Assembly: GCF_006345805.1 (NCBI RefSeq)
Contig: NC_043004.1
Location: 91,512,001-91,576,000, forward strand
Length of the DNA: 64,000 nucleotides
Direction: 5' to 3'
Source of the DNA: Octopus sinensis
Taxonomy: Eukaryota
This document shows positions 27,453-41,238 of this stretch, one piece after another; positions within the stretch are counted from its first letter, which is position 1, and each line of letters opens with the position of its first letter. The position numbers were made by a program, and so were the translations under genes. The notes beneath the pieces are model-generated. The model saw nothing but the letters and a program-made list of their open reading frames with translations. It was not told the DNA's origin and did no database searches.

Positions 27453-27593
27453 GTTGCACACATTTGTATACATATGTATATATATAGTATTTCTTTGAGA
27501 TTTATTTGTTATTCTACGCATCATTCAAACTGGTCACAACACAATGATAAAGCTTCTTTGTTGGTCAAGACAATTCCTAAGATTGAAAACATA

Positions 27594-28003
27594 TACTCTT
27601 TACTCTTTACTCTTTTACTTGTTTCAGTCATTTGACTGCGGCCATGCTGGAGCACCGCCTTTAATTGAGCAACTCGAACCCGGGACTTATTCTTTTGTAA
27701 GCCCAGTACTTATTCTATTGGTCTCTTTTGCCAAACCGCAAAGATACGGGGACATAAACACACCAGCATCGGTTGTCAAGCAATGCTAGGGGGACAAACA
27801 CAGACACACACACACATATATATATATACATACATATATACGACGGGCTTCTTTCAGTTTCCATCTACCAAATCCACTCACAAGGCTTTGGTTTGCTCGA
27901 GGCTATAGTAGAAGACACTTGCCCAAGGTGCCACGCAGTGGGACTGAACCCAGAACCATGTGGCTGGTAAACAAGCTACTTACCACACAGCCACTCCTGC
28001 GCC
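27594..28003 (-). mobile_element. SINE family A, full length
   Basis: Head ends ccactcctgcgcc; (tactctt)n tail on the plus strand. Confidence 0.9.
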
Positions 28004-28699
28004 TATATATATCAGTGTGTGTGTGTGTGTGTATGTGCGCATGTGTTTGTGTGTTTGTGTGTCTATGGATATACTTACACTCCTGAAATGAGTTTACACA
28101 TCACTCTTTTTAGTGTTTCATTATTCTTTATGCAAGTGTCAGTGTGCATGCCATCTGTACATGTGATTATGTGTATATGTTCATTCAAAGACACAGAAAG
28201 GAGAATTGGATTAGAAGGTTGTGAGATAGTTTCCTTTGTTTCTTCCTTGGAGAATCTCACTTGGAGGCTTTTTTGGGGGGGAAATCTGCTGTTTTGTAGC
28301 ATAAGTTCACTTGTGAAAATTGAAACAAATCCAAATCTCAGGTGTAGATGAGGCATTCACATCTGCTCAATAGCTGACCTCTGTAATAGAGAACGATGCT
28401 TGGTCACTGTCTGTTAGAAAGAGATCAGGCCAAATGTGTTTGAACTGGGTCTTTGTTTTATTGGAATGTTCCCTCAGTGAACATTCCAATAAAAACAGTA
28501 GTGTGGATAGATTCTGGTTTCTGAGTGCTTTTTAACTGACTGTCAGGACAATTCTTTCTGAAGGTTGCACCCGATATGATTTTATGGGGAAAGGAGTATT
28601 TCACATATTTTTTTCAGCAACTGATAAAGATGAGTGGAATATTTTCCATAATGCTGAATTGACAATTTCTACCACTATGTAACTTCTCCGATTATAATC

Positions 28700-28917
28700 G
28701 ATAATCGGTGGACGCACGCAGTTGTCGAGTGTTACCCGCGTGAGTGGAAAAGACCACCCGGAAGGCCTCCACGACGGTGGAGTGACGATTACAAGAGGAC
28801 GATTGGGATCACGTGGATGAGAAAGGCGCGATCCAGAGAGGAGTGGACAGCGTGCTGTGACCAGCGGTGTCAAATGGATGCCTGTCGGACTGGTCGGTCA
28901 AAGTGATCAAAGTGATG
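28700..28917 (+). mobile_element. RTE-clade LINE 3' terminus
   Basis: DNRWTHAVVECYPREWKRPPGRPPRRWSDD...WMRKARSREEW..., then a (tcaaagtga)2 tail. Confidence 0.75.
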
Positions 28918-29619
28918 TAACTTCTCATCAAACATATTTAGTAGACAGTTCCTGTACTTGGATAGCTAACACACAGCCTTTGAAATGACATGTGAAGCAT
29001 CTATTGTGGGTCCAGGAGAGGCTACTTCCTTTCTTTCTCCATGTTGTTGGTATCCTCTAGCTTCTGGGAGATATGTATCTGCACACATAACATCCTGCTG
29101 ATATGCTTAGTGTTTCTCCTCCAAATTTCTGTTTAAGTAGGTTAGTTCAACTACTCTTGGTTCACATGGGACAGCAATACACTCAGAGTTTCTATTTTAG
29201 GAGTTCTTTGCCTAATCTTATGATATTACTTTTTTCAGTGTTGAGTACAAATATGATGTACTTGTTTCTCTCTTTACTGTTCAGTAGATGCTTGACTAAG
29301 TGATATACATGTTTATGAGTGTGTGTGTGTGTGTGTGTGTGTTTGTGTGTATGTGTGTGTGTGTGGTGTGTGCATATTTGTGAGTTTGTTTGTCTGTCTG
29401 TATATATGTATGTACATAAGTATAGAGAATTGTATGTACATATCATATATACATGCACTAATATACTTATATAAATATAAAAATCATGAGGCCTTAGAGT
29501 AAACTTAGTAAAGACTGAAGTTTTAGTAAGTAGGTAGGAAAGAAAACAGGACCTGCTGCCATCTGAGAAAGTGGCTGTAATAGATATGCAGAAAAACAGT
29601 AAGGAAGAATTTTTAATAC

Positions 29620-30505
29620 AGTTTACTCTGTGTAAACTACAGTTTCACAAGATGAGGAGTGGGATCACAGGTAGGCTGAAAGTGAATAAAGATTTTGTAT
29701 GCAACAGATGTGCAGGAGTAGTTGGTAGTCAGAACACCAGTGGAATAATTACTTTCCAATATGCAAAAGACTCCATAAAAGTATTTGATAGCTTTTGATA
29801 CAGAAACGATGAAATCAGTAGAGGTACAAGGTGACCTGAAAGCATAGTAGCCAGGAGTAAAGTTCAGAGAGCATTTAGCTCTGCTGACAACAGAAGGATT
29901 CACTCTTTGAGCAAAAGATTGATTGTATGATGATTGTGTGCAAAGTGTATTGTTGCATGTAGCAAGACTGGGGCATTGAATGCAAAAGGTGTGCACTGGC
30001 TGCAAAGAAATGAAACGAGCATGATCCCACAAATGTATTATGGTCGATCGAGTGCCTGAACAACAAGGTTCGGGAGAATTGAGAGAAAAACTAGGCATAG
30101 GAGGAATCACATGCATTGAGCAGACTGAGCTGGTGGTGTAGGTGTGTAATGTAGAGGGATGATTACAGGTGGATAAAGATGTGCTCAGAGAACAAAGTGG
30201 AAGAATAAAACTGAAGATAACAAACCAGGAACTTTGGGTGAGATGCTGTATTGCAGATGATGCATCTAACACATGCAAGCATAGAAAAACAGATCATGAT
30301 GATAAAAAATTTGTATGTATGTATGTATGTATATATGCATGTATGTTGGTCTTCAATGTTTGCAGTTGTGTATGCTTGTCAAGAGCAGGGCTCATTAGCC
30401 ACCAACAGAGCCGCAAATGCAAAATATAAGTTAGTCCTAGAGCGCACTATGTTCCTGAAGGTCGGCAATGGTCTTCTTGGTCACGAGTGGCCGGCCATCA
30501 TCATG
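29620..30505 (+). mobile_element. RTE-clade LINE remnant (RT C-terminal region plus C2H2-like tail)
   Basis: ITGRLKVNKDFVCNRCAG..., FRE, LREKLGI-type motifs; later SRAGLISHQ. Frameshifted. Confidence 0.65.
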
Positions 30506-31088
30506 AATGTATATATGTATGTATGTATATATGGATGTATATATGTATGTATGTATGTGTGTGTATGTATGTATGTATGTATGTTGTGTGTATGTATGTA
30601 TGTATGTATGTATGTGTGTGTGTATATATGTGTGTGTGCTGTGAAGGCATGTGGGTCAGGGGTTAGAATATTCCACTTACAATCGTAAAATTGTAAGTTC
30701 AATTCTCGGCGATGCCTTGTGTCCTTGAGCAAGACACTTTATTTCCTGTTGCTTCAGTCCACACAGCTGGCAAAAATGAGTGGTACCTGTATGTAAGGGA
30801 ACATGCACATCCCAACCCACTCATGAAGATGCATGGCCTAGTGTTTAGGGTGTTGCACTCATGATTATGGGATCACAGTTTCAGTTTCCAGACCATGTGG
30901 TGTATATTGTTGCTTGTTTTTCTGTCAAATTATAATAAAAACAATTTTACATTAAACTGAAGGATTACTCAATACCTTTTGTAGAGTATATATTAATTAT
31001 TCTTTAACAAGAAGAGTATTGACAGTGAGTACGAAGTTCTGGCCTGGTTCATTGGACTTTTCAATAAATGTTAACCTTCATTATATAT

Positions 31089-31317
31089 TTCTTTACTACC
31101 CACAAGGGGCTAAACATAGAGTGGACAAACAAGGACAGACAAACGGATTAAGTTGATTACATCGACCCCAGTGCATAACTGGTACTTAATTTATCGACCC
31201 CGAAAGGATGAAGGCAAAGTTGACCTCGGTGGAATTTGATCCCAGAACGTAACGGCAGACGAAATACAGCTACGCATTTCGCCTGGCGTGCTAACATTTC
31301 TGCCAGTTCGCCGCCTT
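31089..31317 (-). mobile_element. SINE family C with ~21-bp TSD
   Basis: aatgttaaccttcattatata on both sides. Confidence 0.85.
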
Positions 31318-31925
31318 AATGTTAACCTTCATTATATATCTACACACAATTACACACACACATACATGCATGTGCACACACACATACACACAAACAGACA
31401 GACAGATACACACACATGCGCACAAATAGACAGACAGATACACACACACAAAGCAAAATTATAAGTGCGTTCATTTGTTTAATATACATCAGTTTTTCTT
31501 ATGCTAGCACAGATTATACACACACATACACACACATAGATATGTATGCGACTTTGTGTGTGTGTATGTGTGTGTATGTGTGTGTGTGTGAGTGGGTGTG
31601 TCTTTATGCATGTGTGAGTATGTTTGTATGTATATATGCATATATTTCTGTATCTATGTGCATATATATAAATGTATATACATATATGTATATATGTGTG
31701 TGTATAGGTGAGTGAATCTATATGTGTGTGTGTGGTGTGTGTGTGTGTGTGTGTGGTGTCTGTACATCCACAACTGTAAAGTGCTTTTTGTGAATCAGTT
31801 ATATTAAAAGACTTTTAGGCTTTATGGAGATATAATGGGAACTTCTTATTGTCTGGCAAGAAAGTTGCAGCAGTGAGTAATGAAAAAGTGATATTACTAT
31901 AAATAAAATAAAATACAATACAATA

Positions 31926-31966
<41 letters not shown>

Positions 31967-31969
<3 letters not shown>

Positions 31970-32341
31970 TTATATATAAAAGTAAGGTGGTGTGCTGTCT
32001 GTCTTCTACGATTTAGATTCCTAACTACTCCCACATTTTGCGGTGCAGTTAGTTGTGATTCATATCGAGCCCTTCTGGGTATTAGCGCGCATCTACGATG
32101 AGTCTATGATTTAAAAAAAAATTTACCATCAATTTTTCCCATTTTTAATGCATTTTTAGCATATATAAGGAAAGTAACTCTCTAAAAATTTATTATTAAA
32201 TCTCAGAACGTAAAAAGCTACAGTAACACCCCACCCCTTTGTGGTTAGCCATATTGAGATGGCTATTATACTTTACATCTCTAAAAATGCTTATATAGTT
32301 ATTTCCCTTACAAACCCGAGCAACGCCGGGCGATACTGCTA

Positions 32342-32342
<1 letters not shown>
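31967..32342 (+). mobile_element. Non-autonomous Helitron (second copy, in (TA)n)
   Basis: A|TC start, CCCG/CGGG hairpin, CTAG|T end. Confidence 0.85.
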
Positions 32343-32380
<38 letters not shown>

Positions 32381-32498
32381 AGAAGGTTTGGAGATGATGT
32401 ACAGGTATTTTATATTAGAAGAAATGAGGTACTCAGAAATTCGGATGGTTTTATATTTACAGATATTTATTTGTATATTACATATTTTTATACATCAT

Positions 32499-32900
32499 AG
32501 GCGCAGGAGTGGCTGTGTGGTAAGTAGCTTGTCTACCAACCACATGGTTCAGGGTTCAGTCCCACTGCGTGGCACCTTGGGCAAGTGTCTTCTACTATAG
32601 CCTCGGGCCGACCAAAGCCTTGTGAGTTGATTTGGTAGACGGAAACTGAAAGAAGCCCGTCGTATATATATATATATATGCGTGTGTGTGTTTGTGCATC
32701 TGTGTTTGTCCCACTAGCATTGCTTGACAACCGATGCTGGTGTGTTTATGTCCCTGTTACTTAGCGGTTCGGCAAAAGAGACCGATAGAATAAGTACTGG
32801 GCTTACAAAGAATAAGTCCTGGGGTCGATTTGATCGACTAAAGACGGTGCTCCAGCATGGCCACAGTCAAATGACTGAAACAAGTAAAAGAGTAAAAGAG
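32499..32900 (+). mobile_element. SINE family A flanked by ~119-bp direct repeats
   Basis: Full SINE; 32379-32497 is near-identical to 32951-33069. Confidence 0.85.
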
Positions 32901-32950
32901 TATATATATATATATATATATAAGAGTAAAAGAGTATATATATATATATA

Positions 32951-33256
32951 TTAGAAGGTTTGGAGATGATGTACAGGTATTTTATATTAGAAGAAATGAG
33001 GTACTCAGAAATTCGGATGGTTTTATATTTACAGATATTTATTTGTATATTACATGTTTTTATACATCATATAACTTATATCATATATCATATATTAGCG
33101 CTTTCTCCCATTCTAGTGGGGTTTTCAAATCGAACTAAGTTCCTGTGAAAAAGTTTTGACCATTTCATAGTGTTATTGAATGTGTAGTGGTGGGGAGGGA
33201 TATAAGATAGTACAAGAGGGTGATGAATGGAAGAAAGTGAGAGAGAGCATGTGTGT

Positions 33257-33294
<38 letters not shown>

Positions 33295-34480
33295 ATGTGT
33301 GTGTGTGTGTGTGTTTTTGTATCTGAAAGAGGTGTTAGAAAAGAAGAAGGAAAGGAAGAAAGGAGAGGGAAAGAAAGCCATAAATTATATTTCCTTTTTA
33401 TCATTGTCTTGTGAGAGTGGTGTGTGTGTTTAAGGAGGAATGGTCAAGTTGTTAAGTATTCAGTGCCACTTTTGTTTTTAGTTTTTTGCAACTGTAAATG
33501 GTTTTTGTTTTTTAGAAATCGGCCATTTCAAAGAAGAATTGTCTAGATTTCTTTTTATTACTGTTTTGTGAAGGTGTGTATGTGTGTGTGTGTGTGTGGG
33601 GGTGCCTGTGAGTCTGGAGGGGGTGTCATTGGAGAAGGAAAGAAAGAAGAAAAAGAGGAAGAAGAAATAATTGTGTTGATATTTATACCACTATATATAT
33701 ATATACACTAAATGCTACACTATATTTGTTAAATTATAAATTGAAAGATTTGTCCTTCAATGTATGATGAGCAAAATTTCATAAGGTCCATACCTGAAAA
33801 GGAGACTTTCTTGTGTTGAAGTTACAGATGACAGAATATAAACTGACAACTACTGAGTCTGTTGTCTGATCTTCAATGGATTTAGTCTAATATCTCACTG
33901 ATTGACAGCTAAATAAATATTAAGTTTTATCATACAGGAGCAACTGGTTCCACAAATTAAAGTAAAATGGTTTCATTCAAATATTAGAATATCCTTTGTT
34001 TAATGTAGTATTTTCAACAACCAAAACATATGTGTAGAACGGTGTGTGTGTGTGTTTAATACAGTTTACTTTTCAAATTTGGTCCTTCATCTGGTACAGC
34101 TTATTATAGAGATATTTTCAGCCATTCAATTTGGGGGAGAACTTAGTTATGAAATATTTTTCCATATTCCTCCTGAAGGAGGTGTCATTCTTTGGACATT
34201 TGTAGAAGGGAAAGATCTTAAATTTTCCTTCTCCACATGTATCTAGGTGTTTACTCAGTGGTATCTAGCGCAGTTCCTCCTGTTGGACATGTTGGCGGTG
34301 AATTCTGGCTTGTTGGCACAAAGAATTTCCAGTTTCACCTATATAATCCTCCTTGCGTGTGTGGCAGGTTATGCAGTATATTACATCCTGCGTCTTGCAG
34401 TTCTTATCTGCATTTACTTTGAATATGTGACCACTCTTAAATTTCATTTCTTTGTTGTTTGGATTCAAGCAGAACATTTA
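32951..34480 (-). mobile_element. 5'-truncated Neptune-like PLE (GIY-YIG remnant plus 3' region)
   Basis: CKTQDVIYCITCHTRKEDYIGETGNSLCQQARIH at 34265-34477; colinear with 57860-59236. Confidence 0.85.
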
Positions 34481-34874
34481 TAACTAGGCACATGTGGTTA
34501 GATTTATAAAGTAGTTCATGTGGTAGATATGTTTCCTTACTCCCTTATTCAGCACCCAACCATCATGTAGCTGCATATCACTCTCTCTTCACCATTAGCC
34601 ACTCACTCTGTTTCTCATCAATAATTCTCTCTTCTATCGTCCTTCCAGTCATATTGTTTCTATTCAATCTCCTTACCAACAACTGTCATGTAGCTGTCGA
34701 CCTCTTTTTCTTTTACACTTAACCATCATCTCCCTTTCATATTTGCTAACACACACACACACACATGTAGGTATGTCTGTATGTATGCATATATGTATAA
34801 CCACACACATACAGGTGTTATGTGTGCATAAATATATGCATATAAGGATGGATGAAAGGATTGATTTGTATGTG

Positions 34875-34905
<31 letters not shown>

Positions 34906-35930
34906 GTACGTAGTGCTTCTTATATGTCAGGCATATTATTGAAAGAATTTTCTTCGGAGGAGTTGGTGTATCAGTTTTATGTAGATAAACTGAGAACTTC
35001 TTACTGTCTAGCAAGAACAGAATGTGTGTGTGTGTGCATGTGTACATGTGTGCATGCATGTGTGTGTATGTATGTATGTATGTATGTATGTATGTATGTA
35101 TGTACATATATATATATATATATTATATATATATGTATATATATACATATGTATATACATATATATATATGTATATATATATAATATATATGAAGATGTA
35201 TATGTGTGTATATATATGTATGTATATATATATATATATATTTCACACATACACACACATGAGTACAGTTGTAATAGTGGTATCTAGTCAGAAGGAGGGA
35301 AGTAAAAATTTCTATATAGAGAAGGTCAAAGTAAATTTAACTCACCACCACCGCTACTGCAACTGTCGCTATGACTACAACAACTACTACTACTGTAGAC
35401 ATCTCCACCACAATAAACATGGCCACCACCACCACTCTGGTACTGACACCTCAGCCCCTATCATCACACCAAGCATGCAGACTACCACCACTACAATCAT
35501 CACCACTACCATCGCCACTTCCACCACCAACCAATTTCTACAGACATCTTCACCACCATCGCTAAATCAACAATCAAAGCCAGCACAACCACTTTCTACA
35601 CTACTACAAACAACAGCACCAAGCACCACCAGCACTAGCACAGCTACTATTATTAATAGCAGCACTCCACTCACCACCACCACCAGTAATAGTAGTATTA
35701 GTAGTAGTATAATTACTACTGGATATATAAGTGTGAAAGACTGACAAACCAGATGCTTAGCTACAGATTCTTAGGGTTAAGCTAACAAGGAAAAATATCC
35801 CTCCTGACCGAGATGCTGATCTATTACAAGCAAAATTTTTAATGGTCTCATGGTTCCTAGTCTAGATAAACAGATGAATGTATATTTGTGGATGCATGCA
35901 CACATGCACATACACACACATGCACGCGTG

Positions 35931-35961
<31 letters not shown>

Positions 35962-36498
35962 ACTACCACTACTACTACCACCACTATTATCAATTATGAT
36001 CATTATCTTTTGATGTCTGTTTTTCCATGCTAGCATGGGTTGGCTGGTTTGACAGGATCTGACAAATCAGAGGAGTGTTTCATGCTCCATTGTTGCTTGG
36101 GAAAGGTTCCTATGGTTGGGTACCCGCCATAACATAAACCACTTTATAGAATGTACTGGGGTGGTTTTTCTCATTGTACCAGTGTAACTTGCAAAGGTTA
36201 AGTGCTTTGCAAGCTTTATTGGATGTAAAATTTTAGGTTGTGCAGTCACTGGCAAGGCAACTGTCTGGTGCCTGGTTGAGTAAGAGGGCACTGCAGTGAG
36301 CATGAAAGCTGTGGGCATATTGTTTCTATTCAATCTCCTTACCAACAACTGTCATGTAGCTGTGGACATGAACCTAGGTGAAGCTGACTGGTGGTGCATT
36401 AATCTCATGCACTGGCATCAGTGGACTTCTTGCATCATTTTGCATGGGCAATGATCAGTGATGGTCTTCCTTGATCATGAGTGGACAGCCAACATCAG

Positions 36499-36537
<39 letters not shown>

Positions 36538-36684
36538 ATATATATATATATATATATGAACAGAACAAATAAGAGAAGTCTGGTGAGAGTAAAGATGTTT
36601 ATTCGATTTGTTTACAGTTGTTTCATAATCTTGTTAATTATATAACAAATATAACATAAACATTCATTCAGATTAAAATATACA

Positions 36685-36731
<47 letters not shown>

Positions 36732-37101
36732 ATGTGTGTGTGTGTGTGTGTGTGTGTATGCATGTGTACATTCATATATACAAGGGTAATGAGAAAGAAA
36801 ACAAAAGACTATTCCTGAGAGTGATTCATGATAGCTGTTACAACTACTATGCATATGAATGTTGATGTAATCTCTATCAAATAACTAATGAGATTATGAA
36901 ACAGTTGTAAATGAATGGAATAAACATCTGTTATTCTCTCTTATCTGTTCTATTTATCTACATTCTCTCCATCATTATATCTCTTGGATTTTTGGAATGC
37001 CACGAAGGCTCACCCTAATTTCACCATGGTCATTCTTGTTAGTTATGCTCATGACAGAGAGCTGAATGTGAGATCTGTTTGATACTTTGAATACTATTAT
37101 C

Positions 37102-38132
37102 GTGGTTCTCAAACTGGTGTCTGCAGTCCCCTAGGGGACCACAAAGCGATTTTAGGAGAACCAAGAAGGGAAGCTGAAGTATCATGAAAATAGAATGGCT
37201 TGAGACAGTTAAGTTAAAAAATTTCAAGACTTTCAAATTTTGCATACTATCATTCTTTCTGTTGTTGGCCTCAAAAACTCACAACACTCCGACACACTTA
37301 TTTGCTAATCGTGTGATTGGCCGATAGAGAATATGTGGGCACTCCTGCACACTTACTTGCTAAATAATGTGACTGGCTGATAAAAAATATGCAGGTATAA
37401 CAGTTGATCGTGCGTGAGCTGTCAGTATTTTTCGTTTCTCGTTTGTTTTGTGACTAATTATAGCGCAGGAGTGGCTGTGGGGTAAGTAGCTTGCTTACGA
37501 ACCACATGGTTCTGGGTTCAGGCCCACTGCGTGGCACCTTGGGCAAGTGTCTTCTACTATAGCCTCGGGCCGACCAAAGCCTTGTGAGTGGATTTCGTAG
37601 ACGGAAACTGTAAGAAGCCCGTCGTATATATGTATATATATATATATATGTGTGTGTATGTGCGTGTTTATGTGTCTGTGTTGGTCCCCCCAACATCGCT
37701 TGACAACCGATGCTGATGTGTATACGTCCCCGTAACTTAGCAGTTCGGCAAAAAGAGTCCGATAAAATAAGTACTAGGCTTACAAAGAAAAAGACCTGGG
37801 GTCGATTTGATCGATTAAAGGTGGTGCTCCAGCATGGCCACAGTCACATGACTGAAACAAGTAAAAGACTAAAAGAGTAATTAATCAACTGATTCCCCAT
37901 ATTTTCATGTGCACTTATTGTATCCCAATGGAACATTGCCTGGATTAAGTAGTGGATTTTTGGGTTGCAGGTCTATGGGCAGTGCAGTTCATAGTCCGGA
38001 AATTATGGTACACAAATGTATGTCACTTTTTTCTATGTTGATTATCCTGTATTTTATAGGGGACTGCAGATCGTTGAAAAAACTGTAAGGGGATTGGCAC
38101 GTAAAAGTTTTTGAAAAGTCTGAGAACCACTG
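37102..38132. mobile_element. hAT (Charlie-like) non-autonomous element with nested SINE A
   Basis: TIR (ca)gtggttctca / tgagaaccactg; 8-bp TSD ctattatc at 37094-37101 and 38133-38140; SINE A at 37463-37878. Confidence 0.75.
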
Positions 38133-38146
38133 CTATTATCTTCATT

Positions 38147-38177
<31 letters not shown>

Positions 38178-39406
38178 CCATCACCATCACCATCATCATC
38201 ATCATCATTTAATGTCCGTTGTCCATGGATGAGTTGACAAGAATTGGTAAGGGTAAGATGGGGAGCAGCACCAGACTCCAGTCTGATTTGTCATGATTTC
38301 TATGACTGTATGCCCTTTCTAATGCCAACCCCTTACAGAGTGCACATGGAGCTTTTGTGTGGTGCAGCATATATATATATATATATCCTGAAACATAGAC
38401 GAACATCTATATACAGATACAAACATTGTCATGCATATATTTATGTGTGTGCGTGTATGTATGTGTACATAATTAAACCACTTATAATCTCCTGCTTTAC
38501 GGTATTAAAAAGAAATATGCAAAACCTTTTAGTTGTTGCTCTTGTTATTGTTGTTGTTAGGTAATGTATACTCAGGGCACAGGAAGTTACGAAACTCCCT
38601 GTTGTTGCATCATTCATGCAGAACAACACTTGGAGTATATTTAGAATGAAATGCTGATCTTTGCATAACTGTACATTCCTGTGTTGCTGTTGTTATCTAA
38701 GATCTTAATGACCATCACCAATTACTGGTATAATTCATACACAAGAAACCAACCCAGTGAAATCACAAAGCGAAATGAGAAAAAGTGTTTCTTTTGAAAT
38801 ATAAAAGCGAAAGGAATGTGGGTGGGGGAACTAGATAGAACAAGAAGAAAATAGTTTTCCTTAAGCAAACTTGCATTTCTTAGAATCTTGGCTGCCAAAG
38901 CTATTGTTGTAAATCTGGAATATGTGTGTGTATGTGCGTGTGTATGTAAGTATGTATGCACATATATACATGCTTATATGTGTGTGTATGTGTTTGTATA
39001 TGTATGCATGTAAGAATGTATATCTCTCTCTTTTTCACTCTCTCTCTCTCCCTTTCCCTCTCTCTCCCTCCCTCTCTCTCTCTCTCTACATACACACACA
39101 AATACACACATATATACATACAAAAAGCGAGAGGGAGAAGCTGTTTTACTATTGTTTTGTGCAGTGAACTACTTAGAAACGTAATAATGTCTTTTTATAA
39201 TATACATACTGTAAATGAATACACAGACAGACAGACAGACAGATAGATGGATCTGTGTGAGTGTGTGTGTGTGCACAGGTGTATGTATATCCTTTCAAAG
39301 AAAGGAATTTTTCGAGACATTGTGCTGTTTAATTGTAGTTTCTCTTCTCATAATTTCAAATGGGTGAGAGATAAACTTGTTCCTGAGTGTAGTACTTGTT
39401 GCTTTA

Positions 39407-39790
39407 GGAGGCACAATGGCCCAGTGGTTAGGGCAGCGGACTCGCGGTCATAGGATCGTGGTTTCGATTCCCAGACCGGGCGTTGTGAGTGAGTGTTTAT
39501 TGAGCGAAAACACCTAAAGCTCCACGAGGCTCCGGCAGGGGATGGTGGTGATCCCTGCTGTATTCTTTCACCACAACTTTCTCTCACTCTTACTTCCTGT
39601 TTCTGTTGTACCTGTATTTCAAAGGGCTGGCCTTGTCACTCTCTGTGTCATGCTGAATATCCCCGAGAACTACGTTAAGGGTACACGTGTCTGTGGAGTG
39701 CTCAGCCACTTACACGTTAATTTCATGAGCAGGCTGTTCCGTTTATTCGGATCAACCGGAACCCTCGTCGTCGTAACTGGCGGAGTGCTT
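39407..39790 (+). mobile_element. SINE family B2
   Basis: Same head and tail as 9809-10186. Confidence 0.85.
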
Positions 39791-40386
39791 CCCACTTGTT
39801 GCTTTACATCAGCTTTTATAAAGCTGTCTTGGACTTCACAACACTGGGATCTAATAGGGTACCCAACACCCACTTGATCTGCAAGATGCAGCAGTCAAAT
39901 TTCCTTTAAATCGCACCTTGCTAAATGGAGGAGATACTAATTAATGTAGTTATAGATATATCATGTCTGAGTAAAAGATGGGAAGGCCACAGTTAGAGTA
40001 CTTTCCATGCAAGCCAGCTGGGTCAAGGTTTGGGGTTAAGGTGACAGAAAGTAGAATGCTATATAGGTAATGAATATTATATTAGTTTGTAGAACAAGAA
40101 AAGCTAACAAAAATCCATTCATGGCTGTGTGGTAAGAGGCTTGCTTCCCAACCACATAGTTCTGGGTTCAGTCCAACTGCATGGTACCTTGGTCAAGTGT
40201 CTTCTATTATAGCCTCGGGCTCACCAAAGCCTTGTGAATGAATTTGCTAGATGGAAACTGAAAGAAGCCTGTCGTATATATATATATATATATATATATA
40301 TAACAGGAAGGTTTACGAAAATAAACAAAAGATGAAGGCAGGTGGAGTACAAACAAACAAATGTATTAGTATTGGTAGTTGAACTA

Positions 40387-41220
40387 AAACTCTTCAATAG
40401 ACACAATTTAAAAATTAGTTTTAGTTCAACTACCAATTTTAAAAACATAATCAAACATAACATACAAAAACACACAACAAGAAAACAGCTGTTCATGCAA
40501 GAATAAAGAATTGTGCCCGCTAAATGGAGCTTGCATGTCCAAGACCATCATATATGAAGCTACCGTAAACTCTATAACCACTAAAGACACCGTTTCGACG
40601 AAGAAATACGTGGGCCTTACAGAGGGTAATTTCAAGGCCAGGTTCAATAACCACACTTGAGCTTTAGGCACTGGAACAAAAGAAAAGCGACACAATTATC
40701 TAATCATATTTGGTCTTTAGAGATAAAGGTGTCGATTATAACATACAATGGAAGATTTTGGCCAGATGTAAGCCCTATACCAACGGCAGCGGAAGGTGCG
40801 GTCTATGCGACATGGAGAGATGGATTATCTGGAAAAGCAGCTTAGACCCTACTACATGTCTAAACACAAGGACAGAACTTTTCGGATCACGCCCACATGT
40901 GACTAAATTTCTGTTACGTTTTTGGTCACCTAAAGAAAACAGATAGAACATGCTTTCTATGTTATGTCCCAAGAAGATTTTATATATTTTTATATATTTT
41001 TTATGTATTTTTATATAATTTTTATGACGAAAAATGCGAGCGATGTATAAGTACACAGGCAAGCAGAGTTATAACACAGTAATTTCCCTTTATATAACAG
41101 TATTTTTTCATAGCGTTTTCAAATAGCCAGATAACCGAAGAGATGGTGTTGTGGATTTCCACTTCGGCATCTGAAACTCAGAGTTTTATCTTGACTATCG
41201 AGTAATGTAACATATTATTG
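40387..41220 (+). mobile_element. 5'-truncated PLE of a second clade (Hydra-like): linker plus GIY-YIG endonuclease and 3' UTR
   Basis: LFNRHNLKISFS...CSCKNKELCPLNGACMSKTIIYEATV...KYVGLTEGNFKARFNNH...QLSNHIWSL...WKILARCKPY...RCGLCDME...LNTRTEL; at least two frameshifts. Confidence 0.8.
41129..41191 (+). ncRNA. Type I hammerhead-like motif, CCGAAGA core
   Basis: Stem I AGATAA/TTATCT; stem II GATG/CATC with inner GTGG/CCAC plus an extra U; GAAA; stem III ACT/AGT; UU site. Confidence 0.6.
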
Positions 41221-41238
41221 TATATATATATATATATA

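Noticed and set aside
35022-35744. Longest ORF (240 aa, Thr/Ser-rich) and the many I/Y/C/V/H/T-rich ORFs
   Set aside because: They are translations of (TA), (CA) and (ACC/ACT) microsatellites, with no domain signature.
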